From a virus: 64,000 bases of DNA. Each line of letters starts with the position of its first letter. Position 1 is the first letter of the stretch. The DNA lies in the IMG/VR virus record IMGVR_UViG_3300030617_000007, positions 1,656 through 65,655 of that record, one strand, 5' to 3'. This document shows positions 8,486 through 19,000 of the stretch, one piece after another. The notes under the pieces are model-generated. The model was not told the origin of the DNA and made no database searches. It was given only the letters and a program-made list of their open reading frames with translations. The translations under genes and the position numbers were made by a program.

Positions 8486-10126
8486 CTAAGACCCACAGCT
8501 TCCTCCGCCAGTCAGTGAGCAAATGTCCATCTGCTCCATGAATATTTCGTCCTTATGTTTCATAGCTGTCTTGTACGATACCACACTGAATGGTTGACCG
8601 GACCTGCACCCATCTGGATAACAAGTAAATCCTCTTAGCTTGGGAAGATATTTCATAAGCATATCTCCAAAACCTTTAACAAGGCTCTCGTTGTTGTACT
8701 CTGTGCCCCATGCCGGTAAATTTAGTGTAGAGCTAATACCGTGGTCTACCCATCTTTGTAGCCACACCTGGAAAGCCACACGTCGCTCTGGTGTCTGTGC
8801 CAGCGTGTAGGCGTCCTCAATAGAGGCAGGATTAACTCCAGCGTCTATCAGCCTTTTAGCTGTGGGGTCCAAAACGTACTGGTACACCCATTCTCCACCT
8901 TTAAGGTATCTTCGCTTGTAGGCAACACAGAATAGGGGCTCAAGTCCGCCAGTAGTTTCTGCTACAATAGCGATACTTCCTGTAGGGGCAATAGCTCTGG
9001 TCTTAATTGGTCTGGATATTCCAAGAGCATCGGCAGCGACGTTAGCAATGTCAGTAGATGTTTCGTACACATCTAGATAGGTTGCCAGTTCGTCACTAGG
9101 GCCATACGGTAGGCCTTTCTTAAGTAACCACTCGTGCAGGCCCATTAATCCAAGTCCTAGTCGTCTGTTACGAGACCTGACCTCTGCCACCTTAGCGTAA
9201 GGAATATCGCTGTAGACTGTCCCTGCTAGAAGGAACTCTGTTGCATATTTAGTGACATATGCCATTTCTTCTAGGCTTGTAATCTGCGCCATGTTAATTG
9301 AAGCCAAGTTGCAAATATCAGAATCATCGCGGCTGGTAATCTCTGTGCAGGCGTTGCGTAGGTCTTCGCCCTCGTTCTCGCCACAGTCAACAGAGAATCC
9401 AGGCTCGGCAGTCTCTAGCATGTGTCTAACGGTATCCCAGTAGACCCTCTGCGCTACCTCGTGCTTTGGATGATGCGTATTGTTGTACGCAATAAAGAAC
9501 TCTGTATCGAGACCTACTGATATGTTCGTACCGTCCATAGGAGCTGGAAAGTTAAAGTCTTGCGCCTTAAGTGCTTTGACTTCCGGCGACCAATCTTTCA
9601 TCTTGATGAACTTCAGTACATCGGGGTGAGACCATTTGAGTCCGGCCCAGATTGCGGAGCGGCGTGATCCGCCTTGCATAATACCGTTGCCACAACGATT
9701 GGTCATTTCCATAAGGGCCAAAGGTCCGGTAGCAAAGCCTCCTGTGCGTTTAATGATAGAGCCTTCTTCACGGACAAGGCTATACTCGATACCGATACCT
9801 GCTCCGGTCATAAGGGCCATGGCGCACTTCTGAAGGTGATCTGCCCATCCCTCGCGCGAGTCTTCCACGCGCATGAGAAGGCAATTCTGAACCTGATGGA
9901 AGTCTCTACCTGCGGCGTATAAATACCGACCACCTGGAAGGAACTTTCGTTCGTAGATAATTTTGGCTGTAATCTGAATAGTTTCTTCAGATGCTCCCAC
10001 AGCGGAGAGGACATTTCGTGCTACTCGATGGGCTATGTCGTACCATGTTTCTTTGTTGCCGTCTAATTTTATCTGAGCATACTTTTGGAGCATGATCGTT
10101 TCAGCGAATACACTCATTTGTTGCAA
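8486..10126 (-). CDS. nrdJ: Class II (adenosylcobalamin-dependent) ribonucleotide reductase
   Basis: FLPGGRYL, QNC, GGSRRSA, RNACTEI, RRLGLGLMG, AIAPTGS; no small-subunit gene in the window; start near 10126/10117 after AAGGAA. Confidence 0.85.
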   Translation of the reverse strand: MQQMSVFAETIMLQKYAQIKLDGNKETWYDIAHRVARNVLSAVGASEETIQITAKIIYERKFLPGGRYLYAAGRDFHQVQNCLLMRVEDSREGWADHLQKCAMALMTGAGIGIEYSLVREEGSIIKRTGGFATGPLALMEMTNRCGNGIMQGGSRRSAIWAGLKWSHPDVLKFIKMKDWSPEVKALKAQDFNFPAPMDGTNISVGLDTEFFIAYNNTHHPKHEVAQRVYWDTVRHMLETAEPGFSVDCGENEGEDLRNACTEITSRDDSDICNLASINMAQITSLEEMAYVTKYATEFLLAGTVYSDIPYAKVAEVRSRNRRLGLGLMGLHEWLLKKGLPYGPSDELATYLDVYETSTDIANVAADALGISRPIKTRAIAPTGSIAIVAETTGGLEPLFCVAYKRRYLKGGEWVYQYVLDPTAKRLIDAGVNPASIEDAYTLAQTPERRVAFQVWLQRWVDHGISSTLNLPAWGTEYNNESLVKGFGDMLMKYLPKLRGFTCYPDGCRSGQPFSVVSYKTAMKHKDEIFMEQMDICSLTGGGSCGS

Positions 10127-10136
10127 TGTGGTTCCT

Positions 10137-10889
10137 TTACAGTACAGCGTGTAATACAAATACAACAGTTACTCCAGCGCCTACGCCTACGCCATACAAG
10201 AACGCCTTAAACTTGCCTTTTCGCGCCTGGGCCTTCACAGTGGAGATTTCTGCCTTGCATGTCTTTTCAGCTTCGACCTGTTGAGTCTGAAGCCCTGTCA
10301 CCTGGGTATGAAGTCCGGTGATTAGATCGTCTGCCGATGCGATCTCCTTATCCTTATTGTCAGAAGTTTGCTGCAAATCACTGACATTGGCCTGGAGGGT
10401 AGGTATCTGTTCAAGTGCCTGCGTGGTTTGCAAAGCCCCGACAGGTGTAACCGTGATACCGGCAGTTGTCGCAGTGATATCTGTGGGTTTGATGTTAGCC
10501 AGTTGTGCCCAGCGGTTGCCGAGGTCCGGCATGGGGAGGGTCGCGTCCGACTTTACCTGCTGCTGAAGGACAACTGTGCGTGTCTGGATGCTTGCAGCAA
10601 GCTGGGCATTCTGCGCGCCAAGCTGAGCCACGAGCTGTTGGTACTGCTGACCCTGAGCTTGGACCTGGGCAAGGATCGCCGCGTTCTGAGCTTTCGTATC
10701 GTTGAGCTGCTGAACGGCAGCATCCGAGACGGCCTTGTCGTGCGTGGCTTGGTTGTCGAGAATCTTATTACCGACGAAGACAAGCGCGACGATTGCCAGG
10801 ACGACGATGATAAGTCGCTCATGCTGTACAAGCCAACTCTTCGTATTTGTTACATCTGTCTTCACAGAGGTTTCAATTGCTGAGGTCAT
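10137..10889 (-). CDS. Membrane-anchored coiled-coil protein, spanin/Rz-like candidate
   Basis: N-terminal TM segment, long Q/A-rich coiled coil, C-terminal hydrophobic segment. Confidence 0.45.
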   Translation of the reverse strand: MTSAIETSVKTDVTNTKSWLVQHERLIIVVLAIVALVFVGNKILDNQATHDKAVSDAAVQQLNDTKAQNAAILAQVQAQGQQYQQLVAQLGAQNAQLAASIQTRTVVLQQQVKSDATLPMPDLGNRWAQLANIKPTDITATTAGITVTPVGALQTTQALEQIPTLQANVSDLQQTSDNKDKEIASADDLITGLHTQVTGLQTQQVEAEKTCKAEISTVKAQARKGKFKAFLYGVGVGAGVTVVFVLHAVL

Positions 10890-11436
10890 GCCGTCTCTTT
10901 TCTATCTCGGCGACTAGTTCTTCTATCGTGAAGTCTTCTATTCGTGCGAGTTTTCTTTGGTTCAGTCTTTGCTCTTTACGGGTGGACCACTTACAATTAG
11001 TCGGCTCGTAGTTTCCATTCACTTCGATACGGTCGATGGTATGAAGCTTAGTAGGTTTTTGACCCATATCCGCTAGAAAATTATCAAAGACTAACCATCT
11101 TTCACATATTGTGATACCCCTGCCACCGTAGTGATGATAGGCTCGATTTTTAGGATCGAGGCAACGGCCTTTCATCGCGCACCAGCTATTGTACTCGCTG
11201 CTGTGATCTTTGGCTCTTGCATGACCGTGACGTAACTGGTTTGGTTGTTCTCTAAAAAGACACCCGCAGCTTCTCACATCGCCGGAGATCAGATTACTTG
11301 ATGTTACGTTCTTATAGGAACCACAATCGCACAGACATCTTAGGCCACACTTACCGTTAGGCATAGTGGCCTTTTCAATTACGATCAGTCTACTGAACTT
11401 CCTACCTATCAGATCGATAGGTACACCTCTTGGCAT
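10873..11436 (-). CDS. HNH homing endonuclease
   Basis: DLIGRKFSRL, SWCAMKGRC, YGGRGITICERW, TIDRIEVNGNYEPTNCKW. Confidence 0.9.
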   Translation of the reverse strand: MPRGVPIDLIGRKFSRLIVIEKATMPNGKCGLRCLCDCGSYKNVTSSNLISGDVRSCGCLFREQPNQLRHGHARAKDHSSEYNSWCAMKGRCLDPKNRAYHHYGGRGITICERWLVFDNFLADMGQKPTKLHTIDRIEVNGNYEPTNCKWSTRKEQRLNQRKLARIEDFTIEELVAEIEKRRHDLSN

Positions 11437-11464
11437 CTCTTCTCCTGAGACTAGAAAACGCCCC

Positions 11465-11704
11465 TCACGTGTTTAGTGAGGGGAGGTAGGTAGTCGCATT
11501 CATTTGGCCGTACGTCGGTGCAACGGGTGCGGCGGGTGCCTGATAGTAAAACGTGCCCGTATAGTGTCCAGAGACTTCCGTAAGGAACTCCATGTTCCAT
11601 CTATTGTTCGGGTCGTTAGCTAGATCATTTAGGAACAATTCAAGTTCCATAGCTGAACCAAACATCTTGACCTTGACTAGCTGCTGCACGATGGGTCTCC
11701 GCAC
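11465..11704 (-). CDS. Hypothetical protein
   Basis: Tiled ORF. Confidence 0.5.
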   Translation of the reverse strand: MRRPIVQQLVKVKMFGSAMELELFLNDLANDPNNRWNMEFLTEVSGHYTGTFYYQAPAAPVAPTYGQMNATTYLPSLNT

Positions 11705-11994
11705 TGGCAGTTGTACTTGCTAGGCTCTTCGATAGGATTGAAACGGCTCTTCACAGTCTTACCGTCGATCTTTACAGAGCCCTCGGGCTTCTCGTCAAAG
11801 AACTCCTGAAGGACAGACACGTCCGGCTTGTGTGCATAAGCTGCTGCCTTGGGCAGGTTCTTGTCAATTGGTTTGTTCATAGTCCTTCCATGCTGCCCTT
11901 GCAGTCTTACCGACGCCCAGGCATAGTTCCCATTTCTCATCGAGAACGGGTCCATGTGCTTTGCTGTGACGAATGATACCCTGAAACACGCCAT
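11677..11994 (-). CDS. Hypothetical protein (start uncertain)
   Basis: Tiled ORF with Cys-rich end. Confidence 0.4.
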   Translation of the reverse strand: MACFRVSFVTAKHMDPFSMRNGNYAWASVRLQGQHGRTMNKPIDKNLPKAAAYAHKPDVSVLQEFFDEKPEGSVKIDGKTVKSRFNPIEEPSKYNCQCGDPSCSS

Positions 11995-12033
11995 AGCCGC
12001 TCTTATCTTCTAGCTGCCTACAATAGACTGGAT

Positions 12034-12255
12034 TCATAATCTGTTTCTATCCTTCGGGCTTTCTAAGATGAACCCACGCTCATTCAAGAGCAGTGCGGCC
12101 ATCTGCCGGACTTCATGAGACAGCGGCATATCTTTCTCATCATTACTGATGAGGAACTTCACCAGACGCTTGCCTGTTATCTGTTTGCGACGGAGTGCGG
12201 CGTTAGCCTCATCGGTCAACTTTACGAATTGCGGCAGCTTATTCGGTAGTCTCAT
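12034..12255 (-). CDS. Hypothetical protein
   Basis: SD AAGGA, tiled ORF. Confidence 0.5.
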   Translation of the reverse strand: MRLPNKLPQFVKLTDEANAALRRKQITGKRLVKFLISNDEKDMPLSHEVRQMAALLLNERGFILESPKDRNRL

Positions 12256-12267
12256 TTTGATTTCCTT

Positions 12268-12627
12268 TTAGAACGGGACATCATCGTCGTTTATGTCTTG
12301 ACCAATTGCTGCGGCTTCTGGGTTCTTATTATTATTACTTTCAATCTCGATTTGTAAAGCAGCCAGAGCCCTCCAGGCTGCTTTCGTAGAGTGAAGATGG
12401 CCGTCGATATCCACTGTTCCGGCCTCTAGTAGGTGCCTCATGAGGGTATCGTGGTGGTCGCTAGACTTATCACGTGACCAGTGTAAAGGTTGCCCTGGAT
12501 TATGCTGTAAATTACCTTGGTACGAAAGCGATGCTACGGCAGCTAATGCATCTGGAAAATACTTCATCAATCCTGAGTAAAGCGGTATAGCCTTTCGAGC
12601 TGCCGCTTCAGTTGGTAGGTGTGGCAT
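12268..12627 (-). CDS. dATP/dGTP diphosphohydrolase N-terminal domain (DUF5664-like) protein
   Basis: RKAIPLYSG...YFPDALAAVA...QHNPGQPLHW...LMRHL...AAWRALAAL; ends DDDVPF. Confidence 0.7.
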   Translation of the reverse strand: MPHLPTEAAARKAIPLYSGLMKYFPDALAAVASLSYQGNLQHNPGQPLHWSRDKSSDHHDTLMRHLLEAGTVDIDGHLHSTKAAWRALAALQIEIESNNNKNPEAAAIGQDINDDDVPF

Positions 12628-12645
12628 GGACCTCCATCCATTTTG

Positions 12646-12888
12646 CTATCTGACAAGGTGACGTCTCTCTACGAAACCACGATACCCACGGTTTGTCTTG
12701 TCTGCTATCCAGTATCCAAGGCGGTCTAGTAATTCGTACCACCACGTATACCGTACGACATAGCCGCACCAAGGATCGACACCGACGAGGATATGGAGCT
12801 GCCCGTCAATGTCAATCAGTGAGCCTATTTCAATCTCCGCGAACGCTAGTTTGTACTCCTCGTTCGGGAAAAACTTATGAATCCTCAT
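12646..12888 (-). CDS. Hypothetical protein
   Basis: Likely ATG at 12888 (MRIHKF), overlapping the upstream gene end. Confidence 0.5.
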   Translation of the reverse strand: MRIHKFFPNEEYKLAFAEIEIGSLIDIDGQLHILVGVDPWCGYVVRYTWWYELLDRLGYWIADKTNRGYRGFVERRHLVR

Positions 12889-13045
12889 CCGGTCTCCTGA
12901 TGAAACGGTCGTACAGCCTGTCCCACCAGAAGTAACGCTCGACCGCAATGGCCGTACTCGTCATCTTGGTGACCTTATAAGTCTTACCGTCGTGGTTTAC
13001 GATCTGTCCAACGGTAGGTTTTTCTTCTGAGTAAGATAGTCCCAT
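12875..13045 (-). CDS. Small hypothetical protein (56 aa), leaderless
   Basis: MGLSYSEEKPTVGQIVNHDGKTYKV...; not in ORF track. Confidence 0.55.
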   Translation of the reverse strand: MGLSYSEEKPTVGQIVNHDGKTYKVTKMTSTAIAVERYFWWDRLYDRFIRRPDEDS

Positions 13046-13051
13046 GTAACT

Positions 13052-13080
13052 ACTCTACCACATAGGACTATATTTGTCAA
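13052..13080 (-). promoter_or_regulatory. Sigma70-type promoter (leaderless)
   Basis: TTGACA-N17-TAGAGT; ATG 6 nt downstream at 13045. Confidence 0.7.
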
Positions 13081-13340
13081 GCCTCGATTATAGAAACTAC
13101 GTCATTAGCAGTACCGATAATCCAAATCTCATTTGTGTTACCTGAACGACAAGGGATCGTGACTGTGACTCCGGCCCCTAGAAGGAAACCAGTACTGGCC
13201 GTTACTGCCGCTGTTGAGCCTACTGATATAGCAGCCGAGTTACCGGCTTTACCAGCGAGGGTAATAGAATTGAGTACCGGGTTACTGGGAAATTGCTGCG
13301 CCGTACCGGTTGCTGTAAGTTGAAAGGCTACTAATGCCAT
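13077..13340 (-). CDS. Small beta-rich hypothetical protein
   Basis: SD GGAAG, 87 aa. Confidence 0.55.
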   Translation of the reverse strand: MALVAFQLTATGTAQQFPSNPVLNSITLAGKAGNSAAISVGSTAAVTASTGFLLGAGVTVTIPCRSGNTNEIWIIGTANDVVSIIEA

Positions 13341-13352
13341 TTGTTCTTCCTT

Positions 13353-14747
13353 TTAGTCTGCGTTATAGAAGGCCATGTTTATCAGGCCCAGGATGTTGTT
13401 CCATGCATACGACTCAGCCGTCTTGATGTTGCCGACGTAGTTATTCGCAGCATGCCACGCATCGGGTTCGCACAGCGCCGGTAACGTGCGTACTCGTACG
13501 CCATGATATTCCTGTACCATCGTCTGATGGATATGTCCAGTGTGACACTCGCGGAACGTAGTGTCTGCCCACATCTGCTTCTCTTCTTGCGCCATTGTCA
13601 GCGGGTAGTCCGGCTTCTTACCGGTGTTGCCGTGTGTGAACATCAGCATCACTTCGCCCCATTGGAAATACTTTCTTTCCTTTGGTTCGCAGTTGACTTC
13701 GACGTCTTCGTAACCGTGGAAGCGCATCTTGAGAGAATCAGCTAGGTGCCATGCGCTCAGCTTATCGTGGTTGCCTGGGCAAGACATAACGTAGACCGGA
13801 GCGATCTCTCGAAGCTGATTGATTACGTCGATGACCTTATTGCGTAGCTTGACGAAGGTCTTGTAGTACCTGCTATCGTTATCCTGTCGCGTGCCGCCTG
13901 TCGTGTTGCCCTCAAGCGTATCTGCGTTCTGCATATCATTGCCAACAACGAATAGAACCTTGTCGAACTTTATATGAGCGTTACGTGCGATCAATGCATC
14001 TACTGCGTCTTGGAAGACATCGAGAGCGATATTTGTATCGTAGTCCTTGTATCCGGTCTCGCGGTTCCAAGCTAACTTGCCTGCGTGAAGATCCGGGATA
14101 TTAATCTCTAGCAGGTTACCTGTCAGTCCACCGAGGTGCTTTACTGCGCGAACCTTTACAGCGTTTAGATTAGAAAGCGCCGCGTCACGCATTGCTGCGA
14201 TTTCGTTCTTGGCAAACTCCTTCGACTTGTTGCGGACGAGGGTAGCCTTCAACCGGTAGAGCGGGGTGATGATCGGGTCAGTAGTCTCGCGAGACCAGTT
14301 ACCACTCTCACCGACAGCCTTCGGAAAGCCTGCCATCTCCCATTTGGTACATTCCCAACGTTCAACCTCCCAGATATCGTGATCAACCTCACAGAACGCC
14401 AACAGCTCGGGGAGCGTATGGATACGTGTCTTGGGGAAGCTTACGTTGATCTTGTCCTGGCCGACGTGTTCGACTGTCTCGCCGAGCACTGCCTTCTGCT
14501 CCGAAGCTTGTGGCTCAGGTGCATCGGGTCCGACGTATGGTGTCTGCTTGTTATCTGTCGTTGTCTTCTTTGTTCTGAGTCCGGCTACGTAAAGGAACTC
14601 TCTGAAATTTCGGAAGGTCTTGCGCCACTCGCGTTCACTGAAGCTTCCATGCTTGCGGTAGAACTCGCGGCTCAAAAGACCGGGGTGTTTCTGGTCGAGC
14701 TGCTGGACATCTGCGATTAGTTTTGCTCGAAGTGTTTCACCTGCCAT
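13353..14747 (-). CDS. Metallophosphoesterase-fold protein with N-terminal extension
   Basis: PDLHAG, VGND, PGNHD, FTHG, HTGHIH motifs. Confidence 0.8.
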   Translation of the reverse strand: MAGETLRAKLIADVQQLDQKHPGLLSREFYRKHGSFSEREWRKTFRNFREFLYVAGLRTKKTTTDNKQTPYVGPDAPEPQASEQKAVLGETVEHVGQDKINVSFPKTRIHTLPELLAFCEVDHDIWEVERWECTKWEMAGFPKAVGESGNWSRETTDPIITPLYRLKATLVRNKSKEFAKNEIAAMRDAALSNLNAVKVRAVKHLGGLTGNLLEINIPDLHAGKLAWNRETGYKDYDTNIALDVFQDAVDALIARNAHIKFDKVLFVVGNDMQNADTLEGNTTGGTRQDNDSRYYKTFVKLRNKVIDVINQLREIAPVYVMSCPGNHDKLSAWHLADSLKMRFHGYEDVEVNCEPKERKYFQWGEVMLMFTHGNTGKKPDYPLTMAQEEKQMWADTTFRECHTGHIHQTMVQEYHGVRVRTLPALCEPDAWHAANNYVGNIKTAESYAWNNILGLINMAFYNAD

Positions 14748-14786
14748 GCCCCTCCTTTGGGGATTTGCATTTCATGCCGTACTCCA

Positions 14787-14815
14787 ATACTACACCATCA
14801 CAGGCTATTTGTCAA
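14787..14815 (-). promoter_or_regulatory. Sigma70-type promoter
   Basis: TTGACA-N17-TAGTAT. Confidence 0.7.
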
Positions 14816-15161
14816 GTGTCAATTCAACTACTTCAACTACTGTTGACTTGGGCTTGGCCGGTTGCCGTTTACGGGGTGTCTTACGGGGGGCACGCGATCT
14901 TGCAGGTTCCATCACATCGTACTGCGGACGGTATTGCGAGTAGCGTACATCGTTACGGAGTTCTTTGATTTGCTCGACTAACTGCGTGGTCTGCCCTTGC
15001 AGGTCGCCGCGCAAGGATGTGATGCCAACGTGAATCTCTTTGAGGTCTTTCTCTCGGATGTCTTTGACCCAATTGAATCCCTTGAAGATTGCCCACAGGA
15101 ATGATAGGAGTGCCAGCCAGAATTTTGACTGTTCGTATATGACTTCAGGTGAGAGCATCAT
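14805..15161 (-). CDS. Single-TM coiled-coil protein (lysis accessory/holin-like)
   Basis: FWLALLSFLWAIF followed by a coiled coil and basic tail. Confidence 0.45.
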   Translation of the reverse strand: MMLSPEVIYEQSKFWLALLSFLWAIFKGFNWVKDIREKDLKEIHVGITSLRGDLQGQTTQLVEQIKELRNDVRYSQYRPQYDVMEPARSRAPRKTPRKRQPAKPKSTVVEVVELTLDK

Positions 15162-15499
15162 GCTGGCGTATCCCCTATTGGTGATGGACTGACATTCGCT
15201 GTGCCTGTTGAATTGACAGTAATGGCTGATGGAACATTAGGCTTGAGTGCCTTGGCTGCGCTTTTAGCTTGGTTGGCAGCATACGCGCTCTGGCCTGCTA
15301 CAAGAAATGTACCTGGGCCTGTTAAATCTGGCGGCAATGCGTGGCTGTGAATGACAACATATGTAACCCATCCAAACACAAATATAGCAGTCCAGAAACC
15401 TAAGTACCTACTGTAAGAACCAATCCCGTCCTCCGAAAGGATTTCCTTCAGCGGCGGCATTTTCAAATGGCCAAAAGCCGCGCCGATCTGTTTGAACAT
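15158..15499 (-). CDS. Holin-like membrane protein
   Basis: Hydrophobic segments; adjacent to the cell-wall-hydrolase-like gene. Confidence 0.45.
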   Translation of the reverse strand: MFKQIGAAFGHLKMPPLKEILSEDGIGSYSRYLGFWTAIFVFGWVTYVVIHSHALPPDLTGPGTFLVAGQSAYAANQAKSAAKALKPNVPSAITVNSTGTANVSPSPIGDTPA

Positions 15500-15515
15500 A
15501 ACTCCTCCTACTTGG

Positions 15516-15917
15516 TTATTTAAATATCATCAAAGAGTTCATCGACCCTATAGATGGATGTCTTTCTTTATCCGCAAGAATCTTTTCCTTAAAGAAGGGA
15601 GTCTCTATCTTTGTAGTGTCCGCCCAATATAAACCACCTTTGGAGTAGTCTTGGGTTCCATCAAATATACCTTCTACTTCGTGTAAAAGTTTTACGAACT
15701 GAGGTTCCCAAATGGCAGGACTACCCCCTGGCTGCTCAAAGGTTGCAGAGTACTTAGGGATGTTGTCTATACATTCTGACCATGTACCCCAACCTAATCT
15801 AAATCTATTAGCAATGCACGATCCTATCATGCACGAAGCGAGGTGCCCACCGAACGTATTTCCATGCTGCCACATAACTGTGACTAGTTTGCTTTTTTGC
15901 CAGTCATCTTGCCTCAA
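15516..15917 (-). CDS. SleB/Hydrolase_2-like cell wall hydrolase homolog
   Basis: CIANR...DYSKGGLYW pattern; the expected catalytic Glu is not evident. Confidence 0.45.
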   Translation of the reverse strand: MRQDDWQKSKLVTVMWQHGNTFGGHLASCMIGSCIANRFRLGWGTWSECIDNIPKYSATFEQPGGSPAIWEPQFVKLLHEVEGIFDGTQDYSKGGLYWADTTKIETPFFKEKILADKERHPSIGSMNSLMIFK

Positions 15918-15957
15918 AATATGGCTACCCTACTTTCCCTCTTCGATGCCTAAGATA

Positions 15958-15993
15958 CTAGGCAACTCAGACATTTATGTCCAAATTGCCTAG
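15958..15993 (-). terminator. Long hairpin after ejection-protein gene (terminator or processing site)
   Basis: CTAGGCAA/TTGCCTAG stem enclosing GACAT/ATGTC. Confidence 0.4.
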
Positions 15994-16002
15994 CATTGTA
16001 GG

Positions 16003-19000
16003 TTACTTCTTTTTCTTTGCAGCTTCTTTCGGATAGGCACCGGCCACACTTGCATCTGGAGGTCCAGGTGGGCGTGTCGCAGTGTTCAACCGTGTAGCAT
16101 TGGGTGACGTAGGCATCGTGCCGGACAGCGCCGTGCGCGTCATGTCGTTGATCCAAGGTTTGAGGTTCGCGTTCTTCTTAGGGTCTTCGATATACTTCTG
16201 CACGATTGTCGCTTGCTTCTCCCGAGGGAGATCAGTCAAAGTCTTGCCTTGAGCACGAAGCTTATCTGCATCGGAGATGTCGAATGCTGCGGTACCACTA
16301 GCATCATCAGGTATCTTTGCCTGCACCGATGGCGGAAGGTTATTCTGCCATACGTGTGTGAGCTCATGCCCCTGCTGAGGTGCGCCATAGTCCTGCGGCC
16401 TGTTCACTTCGATGGTGTTGTTCCCTGCGCCCTGATCTACGTTCGCAATCGGTACGCCGCCGCCGCGATTGTTTGGATCGTTAATGGCTGCGCCTTTGAC
16501 TGTCTGAACTGGTAGATCATTAGTAGCTGCTTGGACTTCAGGTGGAAGAACTGGAGCGGTCGAGGTGATGTCACTACCATCACCAGTCAGCGCCGTCAGC
16601 TTCTTTGGCTTTCCGCCGAGAGAGGACATCGTGTTCGAGAGCGTGCTCTTCAAGGTCGCTGCCTTCGCCGCCGCCGCTTGTCCTTTCGGAGAAGCCTTGA
16701 CTGCATCCGCTACCTTACCTGCCAACTCTACGCCCTTCCAGGTTGCAGGATGGTTCGCGAGCCATTCGGCTGCTGAGCTTCCTGTCTTGAGAGCCTGAGC
16801 TGCATCGCCCCCACGTAGGAGTCCGCCAATGAGAATACCCCAGGGGCCTGCTACCAATCCGCCAGCCGTACCGAGTGCGAGAGGGATTACTCCATTCTCA
16901 ACAAGCTTCTGAACTGACGCTACATTCTGCGTGTCGTGGATGAGCTTGTCGTAACGGGCCGCTGCTTCTGGTGTAGGTTTGAAGAGTGCGTCTGCTGCTT
17001 CTGGGTGGTTTGCGAACTCTTGGTACCAGTTCATGAACTTCTCAGCGTTGAACGCGCCCTTGACGAGCTGGCCTTGCTTGTTGGTCGCATTACTAAACTC
17101 AGCGACCTTCTGCTGGATAGCCATATCCGTAAGCTGCTCCATTCCATTAGGCCCTACTGCTTCCTGTAGTCCTGTGCGTCGCGCCGGGTCTTTTACCAGT
17201 TCAGTAATATCGCCGTTGCCGATGATATCGCTGATCTGTTTGTTGATATCCGCCGAGCGCCCTGATACAGTCTTTCCTACACCAGCCTTTGCCTGGGCTG
17301 CTGCATCCTGGGCTGCCTGCACTCTACCGCCTGCCTCTTCAGCAAGATCAGCAGATGAGGCTGCACGATTCAAAGCATTCATAATCGAACTACCGCCATC
17401 GCCGTACATGTCTGTACGAACGTCGGCCTTCAGTCGCGCCAGCTTACTAACTGCTCCCTTGTAGTTGATCGAACCGTCTGGGTTAACAGAATCCGCGATC
17501 AAACGTCGAAGCGAGGCAGTCTGAAAGTCAGGCCAGTGCGATCCGAGTGTTTCTTTCATCGCGGCGATATTACCTGGAGACGATTGCTTTCCTGTCAGGT
17601 AGGCGTCAACGTCAGAGAGTTTACCTCCGCGTAGAGCCTTGACCGCTGGATTCTCGAACTTACGAATCTCAGTTCTATAATCTGAGTTCATTTGTTCAGC
17701 AGTATTGATAAGATCAGGATTTCCTGTCTTCTCGGCAATCTGACCTATAGTCTCAATGGCGGCTTTCTTCAAATCACGATAAATACCTTGATCGGCTAGG
17801 TCTTCAGAGGTTACCCAACCCGTCGATCTCTGTCGCTCACCAATTTTCTTATACATCTTCATGACATCAGCCATTGTCACTTGAGTCTTCTGCGCAGGTT
17901 GATCCATCATGTCGGTGCCTTGGATTTCTGTCTCAGGGTCGGTTTCGATACCGTGAGCGGAAAGTTGTTCCTGGTATTGCTCAGGTGTCAACTCATTGCC
18001 TTCTGCGTCTTTGACTACACCCTCCGCGTCCACCTCTTCAGGTCCAATAATTTTAGAGAGGTTATTGAGAGTTTTGTTAGCTCGTGCGGAGCCGGGTAGG
18101 TCGTCTGACACGGCTTTGGTCAATGGCCCTTCACCTTTGACCGTGCCCAACTTGTCTTGAACTACCTTGTGAATCGCTCCATTCTCGTAGTCTACACTGG
18201 CACCCTTTGATTCGTTCAACATCTTGTCTGAAGCTGCCTGATACTTGTCATGCGTTGCTTCATTAGAGTCATCGGCTACCTTCTTAGCAGCAGCGGTAAT
18301 GGATTCATCGCCAGGACTGAGAGCAGCCTCCTTATCGACTTCGCGCTCGGCCTCGATTTGATTGAATTCATGCTGGGCCTGTTCTGCCTGGGCCGTGGCA
18401 ACCTGGGACTGCGCGGTAGCGTCGATGTTCCTATTGGCCGTTTCGTTCAGGGCGTTGTTAGCATCTAGCTGAGGCTGGAAAGCCTGTTGAACCTTACCCT
18501 GTAGTGCGTTTTGAGTCTGTTCCGCTGACGGGGCACTCTGACTGACTTGATTCAACTCCTCGCGCGTCTGAGCTGCACGCGTCAAGCTGGACTGATCCGT
18601 AGGACCGCCGCCGCCTGGACCGCTCGGGCCTTCAGGTGCTACTGCTTCGTCTGGGGCAGGAGGAATGCCTTCTCCCGCGCCGCCACCGCCGCCACCTGGA
18701 ACGTCCGCCGCTTCTCCTGCCTCCGCTGCCTTCCCACCTTTCAAGAAGGGAAGGATGTTGGCGGCGATGGCTTCTGCGTCTCCGCTCACTGCACCCCAGT
18801 CACCCTTGCGAATGTCTTGGTCGATGGTTGGAGCGATGTTCTGGATGGCTCCGCCGACGAGCGGGATGGCCCCTACCGCGTGCGATCCTAGAACAGGACT
18901 GACGACGTCAGCCGCCGCACCCTTGTAGTCACCTTTGCCTATATCATTCGAGGCATTATTGAGGACGTCCTTGCCGCCCTGTATGATATTCGGGATGTTT

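Noticed and set aside
12268-12627. Z-genome (2-aminoadenine) system
   Set aside because: Only the diphosphohydrolase-like gene is present; no PurZ or DatZ-like gene is recognisable in this window
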